The notes below the pieces were generated by a model. The model made no database searches, was not told the origin of the DNA, and saw nothing but the letters and a program-made list of their open reading frames with translations. Positions 7,829 to 14,279 of a DNA stretch of 28,103 nt are shown one piece after another. The stretch comes from a virus. The stretch is taken from positions 1 to 28,103 of IMG/VR virus record IMGVR_UViG_3300000304_000017, one strand, 5' to 3'. The translations under genes were made by a program, and so were the position numbers. Each line of letters opens with the position of its first letter. Position 1 is the stretch's first letter.

Positions 7829-8038
7829 AAATTTGACCGGTAAAAAAATTTCCGCGTGAGGACATAAAAATCCCCGCGCACTGTCAAAGAACAAAATCCG
7901 GCTCGGGTGGCTCCCAAGAACGGAGGCTTAAAAAGCCACTATCCAACCGTATAAAAAATTTGACTGGGCAACCAGTTAGGTTGGATAGCAAAGCAAGTAC
8001 CGCTCCTCGCCAGAGCATTAAAAGGTACTTGCTTTTTT
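7822..8038 (+). ncRNA. Candidate ~215-nt noncoding RNA or structured early leader, bounded by a promoter and an intrinsic terminator
   Basis: No credible ORF between the promoter at 7787-7815 and the terminator at 7993-8038. Internal hairpins are CTATCCAACC (7939-7948) / GGTTGGATAG (7979-7988) and GGCTT-AAA-AAGCC (about 7925-7937). Confidence 0.3.
7993..8038 (+). terminator. Rho-independent terminator or attenuator upstream of the first early ORF
   Basis: GCAAGTACC (7993-8001) pairs with GGTACTTGC (8024-8032), followed by TTTTTT (8033-8038). There is an inner GCTC/GAGC helix. Confidence 0.55.
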
Positions 8039-8061
8039 ATTGTAACAAAAACGGAGGCGTT

Positions 8062-8175
8062 ATGAACATTGACAGAGAAGATGTGGTGGAGGCTTCGGCA
8101 GGTTTGTTTTTCTTGTTTATTTCTTCGTTTATAGTAGCCAGCGCGTTTTTATTGGCGTATAAGCTGATTTTTTAG
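8062..8175 (+). CDS. 37-aa single-pass membrane peptide
   Basis: ATG at 8062 with GGAGG 5 nt upstream: MNIDREDVVEASAGLFFLFISSFIVASAFLLAYKLIF. I prefer this to the TTG start at 7960, which lies inside the leader hairpins. Confidence 0.5.
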   Translation: MNIDREDVVEASAGLFFLFISSFIVASAFLLAYKLIF

Positions 8176-8185
8176 AGAGGAACTT

Positions 8186-8266
8186 ATGACCAAAACAGAA
8201 ATCTTCATTTGCGTATTCGGGGTGGCGTACTGGCTGGGGCATTTTGCGGTGTATTTGGCGGGGTAA
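8186..8266 (+). CDS. 26-aa hydrophobic peptide
   Basis: Hand translation: MTKTEIFICVFGVAYWLGHFAVYLAG, GAGAGG upstream, stop TAA at 8264-8266. Too short for the ORF track. Confidence 0.35.
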   Translation: MTKTEIFICVFGVAYWLGHFAVYLAG

Positions 8267-8268
8267 GT

Positions 8269-8403
8269 ATGAAAAAAGGCACTTGCCGGCATTTAAAACG
8301 GATTTACATAGACGGGGATAACACAGACTGCCGGTGTATGAAGCAGGGCTGTAAGGTGGCAAAGAAAGACTGCAAAGAGTGCAAACAATGGGAGGGCGCA
8401 TGA
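8269..8403 (+). CDS. 44-aa Cys-rich (putative Zn-binding) mini-protein
   Basis: MKKGTCRHLKRIYIDGDNTDCRCMKQGCKVAKKDCKECKQWEGA contains seven Cys. Its stop overlaps the next ATG (ATGA). Confidence 0.5.
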   Translation: MKKGTCRHLKRIYIDGDNTDCRCMKQGCKVAKKDCKECKQWEGA

Positions 8404-8630
8404 CGGTACAGGACAAGATAAAGAGTTTGAAAGCGCGGCGCGCGAACATTTTGGGGCGTGCCAAGGCGGAGACGAAAAAGCTGGAAGCGCAGTTTAAGCT
8501 GGAAGTGGCGCAGGGGAAGGGTAATTTGACACAGCGCATTACCAGTTACACGGGGCGGTATTACGCCCAGGTAGGCCCGCTTTTAAAGAAGGCCAAAGAA
8601 TACCAAAACGCGATAGAGTTGCTGGGGTAA
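8400..8630 (+). CDS. Hypothetical basic helical protein (76 aa)
   Basis: ATG at 8400 preceded by GGAGGG: MTVQDKIKSLKARRANILGRAKAETKKLEAQF... It is translationally coupled to the upstream gene. Confidence 0.55.
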   Translation: MTVQDKIKSLKARRANILGRAKAETKKLEAQFKLEVAQGKGNLTQRITSYTGRYYAQVGPLLKKAKEYQNAIELLG

Positions 8631-8632
8631 AT

Positions 8633-8959
8633 ATGGCGGTAGAAACCAAAAAGCTGATGGCTACGCTGGTGGCGCTGGAGCACCTTATAGGCGGATTTGA
8701 AGGGGCGCTGAAGTGCCGGCATCAGGTAATGGTATCCGGCGGGTATGTGGACGAGATAAAAGCAGCATTGGATAATGAGTTTGCGCGGCTTAAAAACGGG
8801 CAGCTGACGAGTTTGCAGGAAAACCATGCGCACACCTATCCGCAGGCCGGGGACGCGCCTTTCTGCGGGGATTTTAACAAGTGCAACAACGCCGAAGGAT
8901 GCGACCTGTGCAAAGAGTTTGAGGAGTGGGTGGAAAAGTTGAGGGACAATTTTAGGTAG
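8633..8959 (+). CDS. Hypothetical protein with a C-terminal Cys cluster
   Basis: 108-aa ORF with the cluster FCGDFNKCNNAEGCDLC near the C-terminus. Confidence 0.6.
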   Translation: MAVETKKLMATLVALEHLIGGFEGALKCRHQVMVSGGYVDEIKAALDNEFARLKNGQLTSLQENHAHTYPQAGDAPFCGDFNKCNNAEGCDLCKEFEEWVEKLRDNFR

Positions 8960-9171
8960 TTATTCATGCAGTCTCCTACCGTCGGGCGGGCGGACGTAAA
9001 AACAGCCCGCACAGATTTGAAGTGTTAAACGCCGGAAGCCTGGAGCAATGGAACTCCGACCACTCCAATAAGGCGCGGATAAATGGGCCGCGACGGCAGG
9101 GAAGAAGGCGGGTGGGAGTAGCTACCCCGCACGGGTGCGCCCGTTACAGCGCACGATTTGGAGGAAAGAAT
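8960..9171 (+). other. 212-nt GC-rich noncoding block with multiple potential helices
   Basis: No ORF with an RBS. Candidate helices include ACGGG-TGCG-CCCGT (9131-9144) and GCGGGC/GCCCGC around 8985-9010. It shares the 10-mer CCGCGACGGC with block 9385-9641. Confidence 0.4.
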
Positions 9172-9384
9172 ATGGCGAAGAACGAGATTTTCAAAATGCA
9201 AATTGATATGAGCGGGACGCAAATCCTGGCTTATAACAAGGACAGAACAATTTTGGGCGAATATCCCGCCGACAAGGCTATTAAAAAATTTATGGGAAAG
9301 AACAGAAAAATTTACGTTTACGGCGCAGTTGATGATGACGGTTTGTTGCATATTGTGCGCAGAGCCAAAGAGCAAGTTTGGTAA
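9172..9384 (+). CDS. Hypothetical protein (70 aa) flanked by structured noncoding blocks
   Basis: ATG at 9172 with GGAGGA 6 nt upstream: MAKNEIFKMQIDMSGTQILAYNKDRTILGEYP... I rejected the ORF-track start at 9022 because it has no RBS and its N-terminus is Arg/Gly-rich and looks like noise. Confidence 0.55.
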   Translation: MAKNEIFKMQIDMSGTQILAYNKDRTILGEYPADKAIKKFMGKNRKIYVYGAVDDDGLLHIVRRAKEQVW

Positions 9385-9641
9385 TAACCGCAATACACGT
9401 TGGGCTCCTTGTTCGCGCGGGCTGGGCGCGGCCGATTACCAGCCGATAGATTTGTAAGAACCGAAACCGCGACGGCGCGAAAGACCGCCGGAGCCGTGCC
9501 GAGAGGCACCTAAAGTGTAGTACCCGTACAAACGCCTTACCGCTGGGTGTAAAAAAGCGGCTCGCCCCGAAAGGGGCCAAACGGTAAATCAGAAAATGAA
9601 TTGGGGGCGGCTTAAAATCCGCCCCTAAAAGAGAGGTAAAA
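9385..9641 (+). other. 257-nt hairpin-dense noncoding block (three GNRA tetraloop hairpins) upstream of recT
   Basis: Six hairpins in series. They are 9414-9430; 9473-9490 (GAAA loop); 9496-9509 (GTGCC-GAGA-GGCAC); 9540-9560; 9564-9577 (GCCCC-GAAA-GGGGC); 9604-9625 (GGGGCGG/CCGCCCC). Confidence 0.5.
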
Positions 9642-10397
9642 ATGACAAACAAAGAATTAGCCACCGTGCAAAATAATGCACTGGCGTTAACAGAGCAGAA
9701 ACTTAATGAATTTTTGGACATATCCGGCGTGGGCCGCGGGTTAGCCGCGGATAAGCGCCGCCAGTTTGTGGAAATTGCCCAAGCGTACGGCTTAAACCCG
9801 TTTAAACGGGAAATCTATTGTGTTGGCTATGGCGGGCAGACGTCTATTATTACCGGTTATGAAGTGTATATTAAACGTGCTGAACGCACGGGCAAATTGA
9901 ACGGATGGACGGTAGACGTGGACGGCGAAGGGGACGATATGAAGGCCACCATTACCATTTACCGCAATGACTGGAAGCAGCCCTTTAAGCATGAAGTGTA
10001 TTTTGAAGAAGCGGCCAACCGCACCAAAGACGGCGAACTTAATGCCGTTTGGAAAAAAATGCCCCGCTTTATGCTTAAAAAGGTAGCCATTGCGCAGGGT
10101 TTCCGTTTGTGCTTCTCCGATGAACTTGGCGGCATGCCGTACACTGCCGATGAACTCCCGCAAGAGGAAAAAAGCGAAAGCAAGGCCAAAGCGGCGAAAG
10201 CGGAAACGGTAGAGGCCGCCGTCGTGGAAGAGATTTATGAATTGCCCGCCGACGTGCTACAGGCCCTTTCGCAGGCGCAGACGCGCGCGCAGCTGAAAGC
10301 GACGATATACGATGTTATCCACGCACTTGGCGACGCTTACAAAGCGACGCTGAACGATTATTACCGCAAACACGCGGGCGCATTGCCGGAGGCTTAA
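9642..10397 (+). CDS. recT: RecT/Bet-family single-strand annealing recombinase
   Basis: Motifs FVEIAQAYGLNPFKREIYCV, ITGYEVYIKRAERTG and MLKKVAIAQGFRLCF are typical of RecT/Bet proteins. Confidence 0.8.
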   Translation: MTNKELATVQNNALALTEQKLNEFLDISGVGRGLAADKRRQFVEIAQAYGLNPFKREIYCVGYGGQTSIITGYEVYIKRAERTGKLNGWTVDVDGEGDDMKATITIYRNDWKQPFKHEVYFEEAANRTKDGELNAVWKKMPRFMLKKVAIAQGFRLCFSDELGGMPYTADELPQEEKSESKAKAAKAETVEAAVVEEIYELPADVLQALSQAQTRAQLKATIYDVIHALGDAYKATLNDYYRKHAGALPEA

Positions 10398-10398
10398 T

Positions 10399-11226
10399 AT
10401 GGAGCTTCAAGTTACAACGCAGGACCTTGCGCCTATTAAGGCCAATTTAGACGATATCCGGCAATATGTGCAGGCTTACACCGTACGTTATCATAACGTG
10501 TCATATAACGATGAGGATATGCGTTTGGCCAAAGCCGACCGCGCGGATTTGCGCCGTCTGAAAGAGGACATAGAAAATAAGCGCAAAGAAGTTAAAAAAA
10601 CGTGGAATGCGCCGTATATGGCGTTTGAAAACGAGATAAAAGCCATTACCGCGCTTATTGATGAGCCTGTGGCTCTTATTGACGGGCAAATTAAGGATTA
10701 TGAAGCGCGCAAAAAAGAAGAGCGCAAGGACGGATTGCGCGCGCTTTTTGATAAGTGGAACACGCTGGGCGCGCTGATTAACTTTGACGACGTTTTACAG
10801 GAAGAGTGGCTGAAATTGTCTGTTAAGGAAAGCAAAGCGCACGGCGAACTGCTGGGCAAGCTGGAGCAAATCGGCAAAGACATAGCCGCGCTGGAGGCCA
10901 GCATAGAGCCGGAGTACCGCACGGAGTGTTTGGCGGCGTATTGTAAGACGTTTAATTTGGCCGATGCCATGGCGCGGCAAATGTATTTAAAAACGGAAAA
11001 AGCCAAACAGGAAGCGGTGCTGGGTGTGGTGGAAGCGTTGCCCAAAAACCCCGTGCATAACGCGCCTGAAGAAATTGAAGAGGACTTATTCGCGGAGCCC
11101 GCGAAGCCGGACCCGACGAACTACCCCGAAACGCGGCGGTTTATTTTGACGGGCACGGCGGCGCAGATTGATGAGGTTAGACGGTTTGCGAGCGAGCGCG
11201 GCGTTAAAATGCGCGAAATATTTTAA
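10399..11226 (+). CDS. DUF1351-like phage protein (commonly paired with RecT)
   Basis: 275 aa with a coiled-coil-rich N-terminus (RLAKADRADLRRLKEDIENKRKEVKK). It sits directly after recT, as in many Firmicute phages. Confidence 0.6.
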   Translation: MELQVTTQDLAPIKANLDDIRQYVQAYTVRYHNVSYNDEDMRLAKADRADLRRLKEDIENKRKEVKKTWNAPYMAFENEIKAITALIDEPVALIDGQIKDYEARKKEERKDGLRALFDKWNTLGALINFDDVLQEEWLKLSVKESKAHGELLGKLEQIGKDIAALEASIEPEYRTECLAAYCKTFNLADAMARQMYLKTEKAKQEAVLGVVEALPKNPVHNAPEEIEEDLFAEPAKPDPTNYPETRRFILTGTAAQIDEVRRFASERGVKMREIF

Positions 11227-11235
11227 CGCTCTTCA

Positions 11236-11291
11236 CCGCCCGACCACCCTACGGGCGGAAACCCACGGGGGCGGACAACCTCCCCGCCCCC
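11236..11291 (+). other. Two tandem GC-rich hairpins after the DUF1351-like gene
   Basis: CCGCCCG (11236-42) pairs with CGGGCGG (11252-58), and GGGGGCGG (11267-74) with CCGCCCCC (11284-91). No U-tract follows. The RBS of the next gene lies just downstream. Confidence 0.45.
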
Positions 11292-11311
11292 CAAATTTAG
11301 GAGGCAAAAAG

Positions 11312-11530
11312 ATGTCAAAAGTAAAACATTGTGCCAAGTGCGGGCAGATTAAGCCCATAAACGAATTTAACCGCCGATATGACGGGTATCAGCCATATTG
11401 CAGGGAGTGTAACCGCAAGTATCCCAGAGAGCGGCAGGATCGGGCGGACAGCCACTTTAATTTAGTGGTATTGCCCAACGGCGTGCGCGCGTTTATTTTG
11501 AAAGAGGAGTACCGACATGCAGCACGGTGA
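11312..11530 (+). CDS. Zinc-ribbon protein (72 aa)
   Basis: ATG at 11312 after AGGAGG: MSKVKHCAKCGQIKPINEFNRRYDGYQPYCRECNRKY, i.e. CxxC...CxxC. Confidence 0.6.
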   Translation: MSKVKHCAKCGQIKPINEFNRRYDGYQPYCRECNRKYPRERQDRADSHFNLVVLPNGVRAFILKEEYRHAAR

Positions 11531-11876
11531 GAGCGCGTTTCAAATAGCCGTGGTGCGGTTTTTGCGCTCTTTGGGCTATCAGGTGTTTAGCGTGCCGAAC
11601 GGAACGCGTTTAAAGCCGTCCCAGGCGCGCATAGCCAAGGCCGAAGGGCTGACGGCTGGCGTATCGGACCTGGTGATTATGCTGCCCAAAGGTCAAATCG
11701 TGTTTGTGGAACTGAAAAACCCAAACGGAAAGGGGCGGCAGAGCGACGGGCAAAAAGAGTTTGAGCGCGTCTGCCGCTCGCTGGGGTTTGAATATAAGAT
11801 TTGGCAAAGCTGGGACGACGTGGAAAGCTTTGTAAAGCGCACGGCGGGCCTTATGAGGGAGTGGAAGTCAAAATGA
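11517..11876 (+). CDS. VRR-NUC domain nuclease (PD-(D/E)xK fold)
   Basis: GESAFQIAVVRFLRSLGY, then GVSDLVIML...IVFVELK...SDGQKEF, match the VRR-NUC catalytic arrangement. Confidence 0.8.
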   Translation: MQHGESAFQIAVVRFLRSLGYQVFSVPNGTRLKPSQARIAKAEGLTAGVSDLVIMLPKGQIVFVELKNPNGKGRQSDGQKEFERVCRSLGFEYKIWQSWDDVESFVKRTAGLMREWKSK

Positions 11877-12667
11877 AAATACCGTATATAAAGATACCCA
11901 TAGCGGATATATACGCTTATTTGGCCCCGCTGGATGATGCAAGCAAAGGGCAAATATTCAATGCCGTTTTGGAATTTGGCCTGTACCAAAACTGGGCCGA
12001 TTTGGAACTTTCGGAAACGGGTCAAAAAAGTTATACCGCGGTAAAAGAGGTTGTGGAAAATGAAACAAAAAATTACAAAAAATTTTTAAAAATGCAAAAG
12101 GAAAAAATAAAAAAACGATGGGAAAAAAATGAGTTTTCCGACGGTACCGCGGTATGCACGCGTAATAATAAAACAGAAGCAGAAACAGAAGCAGAAGCAG
12201 AAACAGAAGTAAATAAACTACTTACTGCGCAACATAGTTGCGCAGGGCCGGAGCCCCAAAAAACCGAACCTGAAAAAATAAAAACGGGGCCTGTAAAAAA
12301 ATCCGAAACGCCGCTTTTTGGCGGGGAAAAGTTTTTGAAAAAAAAGCGGGAACTAAATCAGCTCCAACAGTTTTCAAACGAAGTTTTGGCGCAGTACGAG
12401 GAGCCTATGAACGACGTGCAAAAAGGCATTTGGTTTAAACGAAATGCCCGATGTTTGACGGATATTTTAAATTTTTGCGGAAAGGATATCCCGCTTGCAC
12501 TGGCGACGATAGGCGAATGCGCCGACCGATTACAAAAAGCCGGACTGTCCGGCGGATACGAGGCCGTCTGCCGGAACCTGCCGGAATACTTCGCCGAAGC
12601 GAAAAAGAAAACGGAGGTAAAAAATGCGAAAAACGCAACAAACACAAACGCCGTCCGCCCCTTCTGA
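11873..12667 (+). CDS. Putative replication/replisome-organiser-like protein (DUF6291-like N-terminus)
   Basis: Start at 11873 (ATGA overlap). The N-terminus LDDASKGQIFNAVLEFGLY resembles phage replication-organiser N-domains. There is a central low-complexity (T/A)E linker. The function is tentative. Confidence 0.35.
   Translation: MKIPYIKIPIADIYAYLAPLDDASKGQIFNAVLEFGLYQNWADLELSETGQKSYTAVKEVVENETKNYKKFLKMQKEKIKKRWEKNEFSDGTAVCTRNNKTEAETEAEAETEVNKLLTAQHSCAGPEPQKTEPEKIKTGPVKKSETPLFGGEKFLKKKRELNQLQQFSNEVLAQYEEPMNDVQKGIWFKRNARCLTDILNFCGKDIPLALATIGECADRLQKAGLSGGYEAVCRNLPEYFAEAKKKTEVKNAKNATNTNAVRPF
12173..12208 (+). repeat. Six tandem RCAGAA hexamers, encoding TEAETEAEAETE
   Basis: acagaa gcagaa acagaa gcagaa gcagaa acagaa, read directly from the sequence. 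Confidence 0.9.
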
Positions 12668-12995
12668 AAACGCGTGTATTTTTTGCGGGCCCGAAGGGAT
12701 TTACGCCAGCCTGCCGGTGTATTTTACGGACCCAGACGGGAAAATGGATATCTTGTGCTACCGCGCACAGTGTCCCTTTTGCCGCACGGTAAAGCTGTAT
12801 CAAAGGCCTGACGGTATGGGCCTGCGGCCAGGGGTTTACAAGCTGACGGGCAAAACGCCCAATTTCAGAGCGGATTTGTGGCCGGAGGTGCGCAAGTACC
12901 GGATAAATCCGCAAACGGTAATAGAGCGGATTTTTGACCGAAAGGAACAGCGTTATTTTACTCTGTCGGATTTTGCTTCGGGGGCGCGAAAATGA
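12624..12995 (+). CDS. Hypothetical Cys-motif protein (123 aa)
   Basis: GGAGG RBS. Contains CIFCG...C...CPFC. Overlaps the upstream gene by 44 nt. Confidence 0.5.
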   Translation: MRKTQQTQTPSAPSENACIFCGPEGIYASLPVYFTDPDGKMDILCYRAQCPFCRTVKLYQRPDGMGLRPGVYKLTGKTPNFRADLWPEVRKYRINPQTVIERIFDRKEQRYFTLSDFASGARK

Positions 12996-13366
12996 AACGC
13001 AAAGTATGCCAAAAATGCGGGGCTGTATTTTTCGGCACGTCCATAGCGCGGTTTTGCAAAAAATGCAGGGCCGAAAGACAGCGCGAAGCGGTGCGGAACT
13101 GGGCCCAGGAGCACAAAGACACGATGAGGGAGTATAACCGCCAAAAACAGCAGAAATATTATCTTCTGCACCGTGAGGAAATCCTTGCCAAACGGAAATC
13201 GCTAACCAACAAAGGGCCTGTGCCTGTCAAAGAGGCCCCGAAATCCGCCCATCCGGCCCAAACGGTGAAGTGCGGTAACTACCGCGCGGACAATGTTTCT
13301 TGTGCGTTATGCGCCGGAACGGGCGCGGAAAAATACAAAGCGTGCTATGTGGAGGTTACGAAGTGA
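12992..13366 (+). CDS. Zinc-ribbon protein with a basic tail (124 aa)
   Basis: MKRKVCQKCGAVFFGTSIARFCKKCRAERQRE, plus a C-terminal CALCAG...C. ATGA coupling with the upstream gene. Confidence 0.55.
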   Translation: MKRKVCQKCGAVFFGTSIARFCKKCRAERQREAVRNWAQEHKDTMREYNRQKQQKYYLLHREEILAKRKSLTNKGPVPVKEAPKSAHPAQTVKCGNYRADNVSCALCAGTGAEKYKACYVEVTK

Positions 13367-13578
13367 ATCCGACAACGATGAACGAAATTATCCAGGCCGT
13401 GCAGCGGGCGCGGAAGAAACACCCGCACTTTGCAGATAACCGCTTTCACGCGGTCAGCCTGGCCAGTGAGGAGCTGGGCGAATTTGCCAAAGCGGTAAAC
13501 GAGGATAACCGCAGCCAGGCCGAGGAAGAAGCCCTGGACACGATAGCGGTGCTGGTGCGGTTTTTGGAGGGAGATTAA
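13363..13578 (+). CDS. MazG-like all-alpha NTP pyrophosphohydrolase-like protein
   Basis: GTG start at 13363 (GTGA overlap, GGAGGT upstream). Motifs SEELGEFAKAV and EEALDTIAVLVRFLE fit the EExxE/D helices of MazG-like proteins. Confidence 0.55.
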   Translation: MNPTTMNEIIQAVQRARKKHPHFADNRFHAVSLASEELGEFAKAVNEDNRSQAEEEALDTIAVLVRFLEGD

Positions 13579-14279
13579 TGCGCAAAGAAACTTTTGATAA
13601 TTGCGAGTTGTATTGCGGGGACTGTTTGGAAATAATGCCGACGCTCCCGCCCGCCAGTGTGGATTTGGTGCTGACCGACCCGCCGTATATGATACAGAAT
13701 GCCAGCGCGGGGAATACAAATAAAATAGACCCCTGGGCTGATATTGTGAACGCTTCTCTTTTATATTCGGCCGTTTTTAAGGCTTTTTCCCGATTATTAA
13801 CGCAGGACGGAGCGGCGTTTGTGTTTACAAATTGGCACGGGTTCCCCTCGTTTTACAAGGCCGGTTTTGATAGCGACCTGCCGGTTAAAGATTGTATCGT
13901 TTGGGACAAACAATTTTTAGGACCAGGGCGTTATTTACGGCGCAGCTATGAATTAATTTTGTTATTACCCAAAGAAAAATTTTATATCCCGAACCGGAGT
14001 TTAAAAGACATATTGTCTTTTAACTCGGCGAAACGAGAAACGGAACATCCAGCAGAAAAACCAACACTATTGATGGGCTGCATAATGAAAGAGGTGCCGC
14101 AGGCAAAAACTATCCTGGACCCGTTTATGGGGTCGGGCACTACGGGAGTAGCGTGCGTGAGAAACAGGCGCGAATTTATAGGTATAGAGATGAACGAGAA
14201 ATATTTTGATATTGCCTGCCGAAGAATAGAGGCGGAGACTAAACAAATGAAATTTGATTTTGAGGAGGTAGGAAAATGA
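13578..14279 (+). CDS. DNA methyltransferase (N6A/N4C, beta class)
   Basis: N-terminal LYCGDCLEIM, motif IV LVLTDPPY, motif I DPFMGSGTTGVA. Confidence 0.85.
   Translation: MRKETFDNCELYCGDCLEIMPTLPPASVDLVLTDPPYMIQNASAGNTNKIDPWADIVNASLLYSAVFKAFSRLLTQDGAAFVFTNWHGFPSFYKAGFDSDLPVKDCIVWDKQFLGPGRYLRRSYELILLLPKEKFYIPNRSLKDILSFNSAKRETEHPAEKPTLLMGCIMKEVPQAKTILDPFMGSGTTGVACVRNRREFIGIEMNEKYFDIACRRIEAETKQMKFDFEEVGK

Noticed and set aside
7780-7865. Possible 30-aa hydrophobic minus-strand micro-ORF (ATG at 7865) overlapping the early promoter
   Set aside because: It has only a weak GGGGA upstream, and its sequence is dictated by the AT-rich promoter and operator DNA. Nothing supports it beyond an open frame.
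7960-8175. 71-aa ORF starting at TTG 7960
   Set aside because: The 5' 100 nt run through the leader hairpin and the intrinsic terminator and have no RBS. The internal ATG at 8062 has a GGAGG RBS and encodes a coherent TM peptide.
9022-9384. 120-aa version of the orphan gene, and antisense ORFs 9025-9393 and 9290-9721
   Set aside because: The upstream extension is Arg/Gly-rich with no RBS, and ATG 9172 has GGAGGA. The antisense ORFs span the structured noncoding blocks and look like GC-driven open frames.
9385-9641. Known riboswitch or ribozyme identity for the structured block (c-di-GMP GEMM, preQ1, hammerhead)
   Set aside because: I could not find the diagnostic conserved strings by eye (for example ACGCAAAGC for GEMM-I, or CUGAUGA for hammerhead). 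It remains an unclassified structured element pending a covariance-model search.
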